From: an uncultured virus (IMG/VR IMGVR_UViG_3300017991_000054)
Lineage: Duplodnaviria; Heunggongvirae; Uroviricota; Caudoviricetes
DNA: 64,000 nt
Direction: 5' to 3' (one strand)
IMG/VR virus record: IMGVR_UViG_3300017991_000054
The notes under the pieces were generated by a model, which ran no database searches, had not been told where the DNA came from, and worked only from the letters and a program-made list of their open reading frames with translations. The translations under genes were made by a program, and so were the position numbers. Below, one piece after another: positions 41,911 through 51,979 of this stretch. Position 1 is the first letter of the stretch; the number at the start of each line of letters is the position of its first letter.

Positions 41911-42626
41911 TGTATGTTACTCCTTTTAATAAATGCAGTTTTTGTAATCGGGATAAGGAAAATCCAGTACCCCTAAACGTACCATTCAGTCAACGTACCG
42001 CTACTGCGGGTCCCTAGCCAATTTGTATCGATCACCTCCTAGTTAAGAATTCCGAGGCGGATAGCCACCTCATTATTCGCACGCTTCAATGCGTTGAGTG
42101 CTTTTGTAGCTTGTACCCATTCATGTTTCGGTGGGTTTTCACCGGGTTTTTCACCCCAACGCTGCGTGAACGAAATCGCGTTGGCATGGGCAGTTTTGAG
42201 ATTCACTTCCAATGTAAATGGATCACACGTCTTACAAGCCTCTCTGGGCTGTCGGCACTTTTGTGCAAATGGACAATTCATATTCTTTCTCCCCTCTTAG
42301 TGGCGGGCTTGAGTTTCTGTCCACGCCTCAGGATATAACTCACTCAACTGCTGATATCGACTCATCTCGTCAAGTGATATTGGTATCGGTTGTGGTTCTT
42401 CACATCGTTTACATACCCAATCCGGAACGAAGTCTTTCCCGTTATCGTATTTGCTGGGGTGGAACTCCGTAGCCTTCCGACACTCCGGACACCAACCAGG
42501 TTCTTTCTTGGCTGGATCATAGTCAGTTACTCGGCCTAGGTTGTGGGTAGATACCACAGCCGTAGGGGTGTTAGTCGATGTTTCCATTTGAAGGTTATTC
42601 AGATTGTTCATTGTGGTACCTCCTCC

Positions 42627-43577
42627 CTAAGCATCTTTGCTTGGATTCAGATGTCTTACATATTGTTCAAACCAATATTTGTCATACTTGCCTGCGACAA
42701 CTTCCGTTGCGATAAACTTACACGCATGGAAACTAGTTATCGCTTTCCGATACTTTCGAGTGTCCGATGTAAGGGCTTCATGACAATCGATAATTGCAAC
42801 GATTCTACAGAACTCACTAATGTCCTCACCCTTTTTTCCATGGTAACCAGAACCATCCAGCTTCTCATGATGATACATGGCTACATCGAGGACTGCTGCA
42901 TCTATCTTGAGATCTCCGAAGCTCACTCGTTCGAGGATTACTTTACCAATAATCGTGTGGGCACGCATGGCTACATATTCCTCTTCTGATAATTTCTCCT
43001 CGGACTGTAAGATTTCATCAGGAATTTGTGTTTTCCCGATGTCATGGGTTAAACACGCTAATGCAAAGATTCGAGTCTTTCTCATCGACCATTTCATATA
43101 CATGGCGAAGCTAATACCAAGACTCATGACCCTTACACTGTGTACGAGCGTGCTATAGTCTTTGTCACTAATGGCTAAGACCGACTTTAGCATTTCAACA
43201 CTACTACCATCAATCAACTCGTCGACTAGAGCTTTTACAGCATCTATCTTCGCTTTGATGATGTCGTTGGGATCACTGAAAATAGTATCCTCAGCGATAT
43301 CTTTAATAAGTTCCTTGGTCTTCTTAATATCTCCTGAAGCCAAGTTTTCCCTGAGAGCCGAAGTCCAACTTTCTTTCAACTCTTCGAACATTACGTCCTC
43401 GTCAAGCTTGCGAATATACAATTTCGCAGGTAATGTCTCGGACCGAATTCGTTTATGTAGTGGCCTATCGCCATTGGAATACAAATGATACTCGCCATTA
43501 TAAAACCTATACAGCGGCGTGTTATTCAGGTATTCCAACCTGCGGGGCGGCACTACACAGAAGATGGGTCTGGTCAT
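42627..43577 (-). CDS. HD-GYP family cyclic-dinucleotide phosphodiesterase
   Basis: HS..V, HDIGK, H...G, HHEKLDGSGY, I.AIID..AL...R.YR. Confidence 0.9.
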   Translation of the reverse strand: MTRPIFCVVPPRRLEYLNNTPLYRFYNGEYHLYSNGDRPLHKRIRSETLPAKLYIRKLDEDVMFEELKESWTSALRENLASGDIKKTKELIKDIAEDTIFSDPNDIIKAKIDAVKALVDELIDGSSVEMLKSVLAISDKDYSTLVHSVRVMSLGISFAMYMKWSMRKTRIFALACLTHDIGKTQIPDEILQSEEKLSEEEYVAMRAHTIIGKVILERVSFGDLKIDAAVLDVAMYHHEKLDGSGYHGKKGEDISEFCRIVAIIDCHEALTSDTRKYRKAITSFHACKFIATEVVAGKYDKYWFEQYVRHLNPSKDA

Positions 43578-43816
43578 TTTGACCCCCTTTCATAGTAGTT
43601 ATTATTCCGTCTTTTTTGATATTAGCGAAAACTAATAATCCCTTAACCTATAATCCATTCTATAATATATATAGAATTTTGTTTTATAATGGATGATATT
43701 TTTTGTGACTTTTTGAACAAAAAATAAACGGAGTACAAAAACTTGCAGAACCCTTTCACAGGTTCCATTAATTAATATATTTAGTTTCGAGAACTATATC
43801 TAAAGGAATTTATGAC

Positions 43817-44500
43817 ATGTCACGACCGGAAAATCCGAACACGATCATCTTAAAAAATCAGTTCTACCCAAAAGGGTTGACGGAAGGACAGGTCTACGAT
43901 TACTACATGAAGTGGAAGGGTCCAATCTTAAACGAAACACGGGGAAGGGAATTGATGTTTGCGATCATGACTGATGTAAACAAACCAATCATAAGGCGCC
44001 GAGGTAAGGACAATAAGTTCTTAAGATTGAACAATTCGAATTATGAAGAAGTGATTACGGGAAGGAGCATTGCAATATATTCTACAATGCATTCATATGA
44101 GGAATTTGCTATTGTGGATATTGACAGTGATAACCTAAACCAAGCCAAACAAGCATCGTTAGATGTTCTGAATACTATAACCTCCATTGATTTAGTCAGA
44201 GAAGCTAAAATACGATTTACAGGTAAGACATCATTTCATATTATCTGCACATTAGTTAGAAAATCCCAAATTGATCGGATTAGGGGAATTTTTGAAACAT
44301 TCCTTAAAAACAGTGATTTAGCTGCAAAATATACAATAGCGTATAAAAGAACTAGAGGTATTCCAAATCTTGATTTGAGTCCGAATAAATTTCGGGGTGC
44401 GTATATCACGTTAGGCTCTCTAAGTCTCCTTGGGCTACGATGTGTAGATCTCCTACCTCATAGACTCAGATCATTTCAACCTTATCAGATGACAATTTAA
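43817..44500 (+). CDS. LigD polymerase-domain-like (AEP superfamily) protein
   Basis: T...V.DYY....IL...RGR.L, DID, TG..SFH, D...N pattern. Confidence 0.6.
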   Translation: MSRPENPNTIILKNQFYPKGLTEGQVYDYYMKWKGPILNETRGRELMFAIMTDVNKPIIRRRGKDNKFLRLNNSNYEEVITGRSIAIYSTMHSYEEFAIVDIDSDNLNQAKQASLDVLNTITSIDLVREAKIRFTGKTSFHIICTLVRKSQIDRIRGIFETFLKNSDLAAKYTIAYKRTRGIPNLDLSPNKFRGAYITLGSLSLLGLRCVDLLPHRLRSFQPYQMTI

Positions 44501-44863
44501 AACAAAAAAAAGACGTCCGCAGGTAGGCAACGTCTTTCTTTGGCGAGCTACTGTTCCAATAAGGCTTGTGGTTGACCCATCATTGTAACACCAATCATAC
44601 AGAAATTGTCTTCCTCTCGCCTCGGGACAGTGGTTAACCTGCATCGATCTCCCTCCTTAGTTTGAAATGGACAATCGGGATACGTGCAGGAAGAACCAGT
44701 TTCGCCCCAGTAAGTCACCATAGTGTGGCGCAGTGCTGGTCGTGTTGATCCCTTCATGATCGCCTCCGAATTAGGGTTAATAATATAAAACAATCTTCTC
44801 CAGTCGGGTATAAATATATATAGAATAAAAACATATAATGGATTACAAAAATGGGAGAATTAC

Positions 44864-45883
44864 ATGAGACGACTGTGGGTATTTCGAAGTGACATCAGAC
44901 AATTAGAGTATTACCACAAGTACAAATTTGGTCATGAAATGAAGGAACATTGTCATGATTTTTATCTCATGATGGGGTTTCATTATTTAGAAAAAGATGT
45001 TTTTGATGAAGTTACAATTTGGAGATTAGAACCACCAGATAAGAAGACTGATGTTGAAATGTTAACGTTAAATGGAAAGAAATTTATTCAACGATTTGTT
45101 CCCAACTTTGAAATATGCGCTTTATATCCTTCTCCAGAAATCTCATTCTTTCGTGGGGGATTTAAAGAGTATTGCAGGGTGACTCAAAAGATACCAAAAA
45201 AGTTTGGAACCAAATTATATTGTGGAACAGGAAAAAGAGTGGCGCCGCAATATGGTGGAATTTATGATAAAGTGTTAGTCGAAGATCAAAAGGAGCTAGA
45301 CAAATATAAGGATGTCATTCCATTCTATAAAACTGCAACTCCTAGTATATTTCATCCAATTGAAGCTAAAATCAAATATGATATATGTTGGCCAGCAAAT
45401 TTTACTCAAGCTACTTATAAGGGTCAAGACTTCTTTATTAGCAGAGTGGGTAAATCAAAATTTCTTAAGAGTTTGAGAATTATTCATTTGGGTAATAAAC
45501 CTGGGGTTGGTAGGAAATTAGCTAGAAAACATGGAGTTACAAATATTGAATTTGTTGGATGGAAGGATAGACCTCAATTCAACAAAATATTAAATCAAAG
45601 TAAAGTTGGTCTATGTTGTTCTAATAGGACCGATGGTTGTCCAAGAGTTGTAACAGAAGTATTAGCCGCAGGTACCCCATTACTAACCAGAAACAAAACA
45701 CGCCTACTAGATTATTATAGACAAACTAAGCAGGTATTAAACTTCAATGATCAGAATGTAGAAAGTAGGGTAAAAGACGCAATTGATAATTTTGAAGTAT
45801 ATAAGAGAAAAGCTAAAGAAGGTTTGGGACATATTTCAATGGATCGGATTTGTTCTAGAAACATTGACCTATGGCGAAAATAA
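44864..45883 (+). CDS. GT-B glycosyltransferase (GT4-like)
   Basis: KGQD, FVGW, DGCPRVVTEVLAAGTP. Confidence 0.75.
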   Translation: MRRLWVFRSDIRQLEYYHKYKFGHEMKEHCHDFYLMMGFHYLEKDVFDEVTIWRLEPPDKKTDVEMLTLNGKKFIQRFVPNFEICALYPSPEISFFRGGFKEYCRVTQKIPKKFGTKLYCGTGKRVAPQYGGIYDKVLVEDQKELDKYKDVIPFYKTATPSIFHPIEAKIKYDICWPANFTQATYKGQDFFISRVGKSKFLKSLRIIHLGNKPGVGRKLARKHGVTNIEFVGWKDRPQFNKILNQSKVGLCCSNRTDGCPRVVTEVLAAGTPLLTRNKTRLLDYYRQTKQVLNFNDQNVESRVKDAIDNFEVYKRKAKEGLGHISMDRICSRNIDLWRK

Positions 45884-45949
45884 TAGAATATTTCTTATAA
45901 CATTGGAACAAAATATAAACGGAGTACAAATAGAAAGGAGTATATCTGA

Positions 45950-46501
45950 ATGAAAGAAGATTTGGTAATTCTGTTTAGTGGTGGTGCAGATTCTCGGTTA
46001 ATGATTGAGCTTGCGAAAAAACAGGGGAAAACACCATATTGCGTTCTCGTCAATTATGGACAATTGCATGCACAAGAATTGGAACTAGCTGCTAAGCAAT
46101 TAGAGAACCAGGGAATTCCATACCAAGTTACCTCAATTCAAAACCTTGGAGTTAATAGTGGACTTACAGGTTCAGGTGAAAAAGGAATGTACGAAGATGT
46201 ACATGAGATGCACGTACCTGCAAGAAATATGATGTTTGTTGGTATTGCAACATCTGTAGCTGAAAGTAAGGGTATTGACACTGTATGGTACGGTGCGGAT
46301 TGGAGTGACTACTTGAACGAGTTTCCTGATTGCAAGCAGGAGTGGTTCGGTAGGATGAATAAGGTTTTGGAAATCAATGGTCCACACCCGATCAAATTAG
46401 AGGCGCCAGTTTCGGGAATGACCAAAGAAAGTATTCTTAAACTTCTGGAATCATTTGGCGTCAAGGAGGAAGAAATTTTCTCCGGATATGGAGACCTATA
46501 A
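45950..46501 (+). CDS. queC: QueC-like PP-loop protein, lacking the C-terminal Zn-binding region
   Basis: LFSGGADS, YGQ.H, VPARN, FPDC; only 183 aa. Confidence 0.75.
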   Translation: MKEDLVILFSGGADSRLMIELAKKQGKTPYCVLVNYGQLHAQELELAAKQLENQGIPYQVTSIQNLGVNSGLTGSGEKGMYEDVHEMHVPARNMMFVGIATSVAESKGIDTVWYGADWSDYLNEFPDCKQEWFGRMNKVLEINGPHPIKLEAPVSGMTKESILKLLESFGVKEEEIFSGYGDL

Positions 46502-46914
46502 TGAATGGAATACCTAGCTTTCCAGGTAAAGTAAGAAAACAAGTAGCGCAAGATATTACTGATAGGTTACATGCGATTAAGGAGTTTACATTCAGTGATT
46601 ACCAACGTGAATGTATAACAACGGCTAAATACCCGGGCATCGGTGCTAACTTCACATATCCAACCCTAGGTATGTGTGGCGAAACCGGAGAGGTAGCTGA
46701 AAAAATCAAAAAGGTGATTCGGGACAGTGATGGTAAAGTCACACCCGAACGTAAAGAAGAATTGAAGAAAGAAATCGGGGACGTTTTGTGGTATGTAGCA
46801 ATGTTATGTACAGAGTTACGCCTCGAACTTGGAGATGTTGCATTAGTAAATATTAAAAAACTAAAAAGCAGAATAGAAAGGGGCGTAATCAAGGGTGACG
46901 GAGATAATAGATAA
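46501..46914 (+). CDS. MazG-like NTP pyrophosphohydrolase
   Basis: GETGEVAEKIKK...EIGDVLWY...N..KL..R. Confidence 0.9.
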   Translation: MNGIPSFPGKVRKQVAQDITDRLHAIKEFTFSDYQRECITTAKYPGIGANFTYPTLGMCGETGEVAEKIKKVIRDSDGKVTPERKEELKKEIGDVLWYVAMLCTELRLELGDVALVNIKKLKSRIERGVIKGDGDNR

Positions 46915-47601
46915 ATGGATCTATTCCAGTACCTTGATAAACACGATTTTATTTCGTTCCTATTTTTTGTTGGAGTAATACCATTTGTAGCTTGGATGTT
47001 TGTAAGCTCGGTTAACTCTTTATTTGAATTCTTTTCTCAATTGTTGAGAAGTGTAACAATTTGGGCTCATGGTTGGCCACCTGAACATGTAGATGCGAAT
47101 GGTGAAATGATCGAAACCTCAGTTGTATTTGATGCTGAGGAGGAAGAGGAAGACGATGTTTGATTCAATACATATTTTCTTTCAGGAGTGGGGATGGGTA
47201 TTTCTTTGTATTATCTCTGTAAAAGTTATGCACTGGTGTAGAGATAACAGAAGATATCTTACAGAACCAAGCGACTTTTATTTCTGGGGAGTTTTTTCTT
47301 GGGCGATAATTGAGATGGCGATTAATTCCCCCAAAGGGTGAGCCTATGACTGAGCACCGAGGCAAAATTGAATCGGATGCGGACATGTCGAACGAATTAA
47401 AAGTCGAAATATTAATAGCTGAAACCTTACTTGAAATACGAGATCTAGTAAAAAATATGAAATCAAAAGAAGAGATGTTAAAAAGTCTCGATGAACAATT
47501 TGATAGAAAAGAGCGCAAGCTAATTGAAGCTTTAGTTGATATTCGTGATGTATTGAAAAGTATCGACTTGCGTCTTGAACGGGAATGGGGTAAACTTAAA
47601 A

Positions 47602-48165
47602 ATGAATAAGTGGGACGAGTACTTTCATGAAGTGTGTGTGTCGGTTGGCAAGAATACTAAATGTTTTTCACGACAAATTGGCGCTATACTCGTCAGGGAC
47701 AAGAGTATTATTTCAACAGGATATAATGGTCCGCCTCGTGGAATAATGAGTTGTGACAGGCGATGCGTCAACGACAATGTGTTGGCTGAGTTGCTTACTG
47801 ATAAAAAGATCCATCCTGAACAAGCAATGTATCTAGAAAAATGTCCAAGACAAATTCTTGGTTATAAATCTGGAGAAGGATTAGATCTTTGCGTCGCTGG
47901 ACATGCTGAAAGAAATACACTCATCAATGCTGCAAGACATGGTATAGAAACAAAAGGGACAACTTTGTATATGGACTGTGGAATTCCATGTACTCCATGT
48001 CTAGTTGAAATTATTAACGCAGGTGTAAAAGCTATTGTTGTAACAAAAGTAGAGTACTACGATAAGTCAGCAGAGTACTTATTGAAGGAAAGTGATTTAG
48101 GATATAGAGTTTTTGGACAAGAATGGGAAAGGAGACCAAAAGATGGAGATGGTGAAAAAAGTTGA
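47602..48165 (+). CDS. dCMP deaminase
   Basis: TGYNG, HAERN, PCTPC. Confidence 0.9.
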   Translation: MNKWDEYFHEVCVSVGKNTKCFSRQIGAILVRDKSIISTGYNGPPRGIMSCDRRCVNDNVLAELLTDKKIHPEQAMYLEKCPRQILGYKSGEGLDLCVAGHAERNTLINAARHGIETKGTTLYMDCGIPCTPCLVEIINAGVKAIVVTKVEYYDKSAEYLLKESDLGYRVFGQEWERRPKDGDGEKS

Positions 48166-48345
48166 AAACATTGGTTGGGGCGATGTATTAATTGGAACAC
48201 ATAAAAAGATCAAAAAATATGCTCTAGAAAAACCTTCCTCTTTTACACTCACTGTTGTTATATGTGGTGTGGTTGGAACATTTTTAGGTAGTTTATTTTT
48301 GTTTGTTATGAAGGGTCTTTGGCGAACTTTTTGGTAAGGTGACTT

Positions 48346-48819
48346 ATGGAAACAAGAACAAGTAAAGAAGAACCGGGTCTAAAATATGACTATGGAAAAC
48401 ATAGGTATGATCTAATACCTGGCGATTCACTGGATGAAATCGCAAAAGTCTATACTTATGGCGCATCGAAATATGCTGACAACAACTGGCGAAAAGGTAT
48501 GTCTTGGGGTCGTTGTTTTGGAGCAATGATGCGTCATGCGTGGGCTTGGTGGAGAGGGGAAAAGATTGACGAAGAAAGTGGATGTCATCATTTAGCGATG
48601 ACTGCTTGGTATTGTCTTTCTCTAATGAATTATGAAAAAACCCATCCTGATAAGGATGACCGAGTAAAAGATTTAGTTGTTGAACACGCAAAAGTAATTA
48701 AAGCTGTAGGTCCAGAAATTAAGTTTGATCCTGACCTGGACCTTACTCCAGAACGACTTGCTAACATAAAAGAGAGTGCACAAAGACTAGTTGAATTTCT
48801 AAACAAAAAGGAAAACTAA
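48346..48819 (+). CDS. dATP/dGTP diphosphohydrolase-like (DUF5664 type)
   Basis: KYD.GK..YDLIP, YGA.KY...NW.KG, RH..AW..GE..D.ESG.HHL. Confidence 0.85.
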   Translation: METRTSKEEPGLKYDYGKHRYDLIPGDSLDEIAKVYTYGASKYADNNWRKGMSWGRCFGAMMRHAWAWWRGEKIDEESGCHHLAMTAWYCLSLMNYEKTHPDKDDRVKDLVVEHAKVIKAVGPEIKFDPDLDLTPERLANIKESAQRLVEFLNKKEN

Positions 48820-49347
48820 ATGGTCGTAGGACGTCAAACTTATATTGATGGGTATGGCGTTAGGAGGACAATACGTAAACTACTACCAAGATTCGAAGAA
48901 AGGAGCAAGGCGATGGTTAGGGTATATCTCGCTGGGGCGATTGAAGAAACTGGTTATAGGACGGCGGCAACAGACAAATATTCAAACTTGGTTACTATTG
49001 TTGATCCATTGGTTGAAGTTGAGGCAATTATTATACAGTCAGACTTGGCTGATGTAATAATGAAAAAACGAAAGCTTACTAAAGAAGAAAAAGATAAAAT
49101 TGTAGAACAAGATAAAGCATGTATCGATACTTGTGATATTCTGGTAGCATATGTGAGAAAGTATTCAGCTGGAACAATGATGGAAATCCTTCATGCATGG
49201 AATTGTCAGAAAACTATTTATCTAATAGATCCAACTGGAAACTTCCGAGAGGATGTATGGATTGATTCCCATGTTACAAGAGCATTTGATAGTATCGAAG
49301 ATTGCTTTGATTTCATAGTCGAAAGTAGTGAAATTTATGGACCCTAA
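48820..49347 (+). CDS. nucleoside 2-deoxyribosyltransferase-like protein
   Basis: VYLAGAI, D...ID.CD, SAGT.ME (true start may be the ATG before VRVYLAG). Confidence 0.75.
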   Translation: MVVGRQTYIDGYGVRRTIRKLLPRFEERSKAMVRVYLAGAIEETGYRTAATDKYSNLVTIVDPLVEVEAIIIQSDLADVIMKKRKLTKEEKDKIVEQDKACIDTCDILVAYVRKYSAGTMMEILHAWNCQKTIYLIDPTGNFREDVWIDSHVTRAFDSIEDCFDFIVESSEIYGP

Positions 49348-50715
49348 TGGAACATATTATAAATGGTGTACCCCACCATCAGCTGGTTTAATGTTATGGT
49401 TTGATACAATGAATAGTGAAAAGGAGAATAGAATGTCTGGTCCAGAAGACTGTAAATGTGAATGTGGGTCAAATGAACCTGAAGTGGTAGTAACTGATAT
49501 GAATGGAGTAGTAGAAGATTTGTTGATACCGGATGCTAAAATGATTGCTGAGAAGTTGATTGGGCAACGCCAATTAGAGGGTAATCGAATGGGAATGCTC
49601 GACGACAATTGTAATACAAATCTTATCTCCAAAAATTATAGTCCAATGTTTATCCGCAAGTTCAATGCAACGGCTGTTACAAATTGGCCGATGTATATCT
49701 CAATGATATGCGATGAGGATGTTAGTGACATTGACCATGTTGTAAATGGCGCATTGGATGCTTATGCAGAAGCTGGATTGATTACCAATGACCTTCAAGC
49801 TATGAGAAATCTCACCGGAATTATTTCTGAGACTCTCTCACAATATTACGACGCAAAGAAAAAGAATTGTGTTGAAGGAATTGCGGTAACTCTATACGTC
49901 GATAAAGCATATATCCAGAGTCTTAGCGGAGACTTTATGAATCACGCTCAATGTAGATCTGAGTATACTGCGGCTCTTCGAATGATGACACAGATATGAC
50001 AGACAAAGACAAAAGTGTTATTCCAAAAGGCGACTACTGTTATGGTAATAATGGTATATGTCCTTACTGGAGCACCAATCCTGATCAACATGAGATGGAG
50101 AATGGATATTGCTCCTATATCGAAAAAGGTGATTGGGAATTGAACGATGAGAAAAAGTGGAAGACTGCATACAGAGACGGTAGAACAGTAGCTGATTCTG
50201 AGTGTAAAAGTGCTCATGAACTTGGAATGTTTATGAGTCTTTTGTGGGATCAGTGTAAAGAATGTGGAGTGAATATCGGAGATTAAAATGCCTTATATTC
50301 CATACGAGAGAAGAGGAAGGTTCGACGTTCCCATTAATAATGCAGCAACATTTGTTGAAACTAGCGGAGACTTAAATTACTGCTTTTCAATGCTTTGTAA
50401 ACATTTTATTGAGATGTTTGGTGAGTCATATACAAATTACGCAACATGTATCTCAGCTTTAGAAGGTGCTAAACTCGAGTTGTATAGGAGAAAGGTTGCG
50501 CCTTACGAAGACAAAAAAATTGAGGAGAACGGAGATCTGTAAAAGAAAGAAGAACATAATGACCCGACGACAGCAAGCGGGAAATCAAATGGCAGATGCT
50601 CTTATTGAGTGGTGTCATATGATGTACAACCATCAAACAGCTAAGGGAGTCATTAACTCTGTGATTCAAAGGTTGGAGAAAAGGGTTAATGAATATGTAC
50701 CTGTCAAACAAGAAC

Positions 50716-50787
50716 GGGTCCGAGGTCATGGTGACCAAACTGGCTCCAAACCAGTAGGACGGGGTTCGATTCCTCGCGGGCCTGCCA
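50716..50787 (+). tRNA. tRNA-Trp(CCA)
   Basis: cloverleaf; ACTGG-CT CCA AA-CCAGT; TTCGA; CCA end. Confidence 0.9.
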
Positions 50788-50791
50788 ATAC

Positions 50792-50866
50792 GGTCCCGTA
50801 GCTCAGTGGCAGAGCAGTTGGCTTATAACCGACAGACGATAGGTTCGATTCCTACCGGGACTACCA
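50792..50866 (+). tRNA. tRNA-Ile(TAT)
   Basis: cloverleaf; GTTGG-CT TAT AA-CCGAC; CCA end. Confidence 0.9.
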
Positions 50867-51460
50867 TGAAAAAGAAACTAGATAAAGAGCTTAAAAAACT
50901 TTTACCAGAAGGTACAAAGATCTCTTGGTTAACTTGTATTGACTGTGGTTGTCAATTTGAAGCCACAGAATTCTTCATCAAAAAGGAGTTAAAACACAGA
51001 TGTCGTGATTGTCAACACAACTGGTGTGAAGCAATTGGCGATAAATATGGGTGGTATTAACTCCGAGGAGTCGATCATGTGTCCCTTTGACGACATTGAT
51101 CGGCTTAAAGATGCTATAGCGAGATCTAAAAGGAGACGAGCGAAAGAGTTTGTGTATCTTAAAGTCGATCAACTAAAAGACGGTCATCTCTATAAGATTA
51201 ATGCTAGAAACGCATCGTATGGAATATGGATCGCCGAGCATGGTCATTTTATTATTTCTAGAGTGAAAATGAATACAAATTTTTTATTCGAAGAGATTCA
51301 CTGGGATTTAAGCGATCACTTCGGGACTGTGAGACCACTTATGGAAATAGAAAAGAGTCCTTTTCGACATCATGATTTTGATAGTACAGGTATGCAATAC
51401 AGGGAGGAAAAAGAAATTCTAAAATACCTTAACGGATTTGAGAGACGTTAACCTAAATAT

Positions 51461-51534
51461 TCCAGGGTAGTTCAAAGGCAGAACGGGTGGCTGTTAACCA
51501 CTTAATGGAGGTTCGAGTCCTCCTCCTGGAGCCA
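51461..51534 (+). tRNA. tRNA-Asn(GTT)
   Basis: GGTGG-CT GTT AA-CCACT; CCA end. Confidence 0.92.
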
Positions 51535-51761
51535 ACTCAAATCTGGAGGTATTATGACAAGTCCCTGTAAGGAATGTGGTAAACACAAAGAAGAATTTCC
51601 TGATTGTTTTGATGGTTGTAAACGCATTGCTGCTTTCCAAAATTCCATCATCATGTTTCCTGAACGAGAAATAGTTGAAAGATATGACTATAATGAATGT
51701 GTTGAAGCTGGTATATGTCTACCTGAATGTATAGGTCTTTCAAAAACTAAAATGTTATATT

Positions 51762-51835
51762 AGGCTCGTAGCTCAATGGTAGAGCACAGGGTTTTGGCCC
51801 CTGTTACGTAGGTTCGATTCCTACCGGGCCTTCCA
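51762..51835 (+). tRNA. tRNA-Gln(TTG)
   Basis: CAGGG-TT TTG GC-CCCTG; CCA end. Confidence 0.9.
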
Positions 51836-51839
51836 TTTT

Positions 51840-51949
51840 TTGGGGATAGTGTATGTCTTCGGACATCAGTTGAATGGGTAGTGGAGTAACTGCTGGCAGA
51901 GCCGTTAAATATTCACCCATGAATTTGCAGGGGCTCCCACTATCCCCAA
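51840..51949 (+). ncRNA. unassigned ~110-nt structured RNA
   Basis: 12-bp terminal stem TTGGGGATAGTG/CACTATCCCCAA, C(UUCG)G hairpin, two further arms. Confidence 0.6.
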
Positions 51950-51979
51950 TTTAAAAAACCCTAAAGGAGGAAATTGAGA

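Larger units (their letters stand above)
43715..45930 (+). repeat. 25-bp direct repeat (43715-43739, 45906-45930), promoter-like
   Basis: GAACAAAAAATAAACGGAGTACAAA vs GAACAAAATATAAACGGAGTACAAA, 24/25 identical, both intergenic. Confidence 0.8.

Noticed and set aside
41911..42040. c-di-GMP riboswitch upstream of the secreted protein
   Set aside because: Only short hairpins and a repeated GGTACGTT; GEMM consensus elements not found.
51840..51949. tRNA-associated HDV-like (theta) ribozyme, SRP RNA or 6S RNA
   Set aside because: Pairing of the 5' end with the 3' end and the arm order do not fit the HDV nested pseudoknot; no SRP or 6S signature seen by eye.
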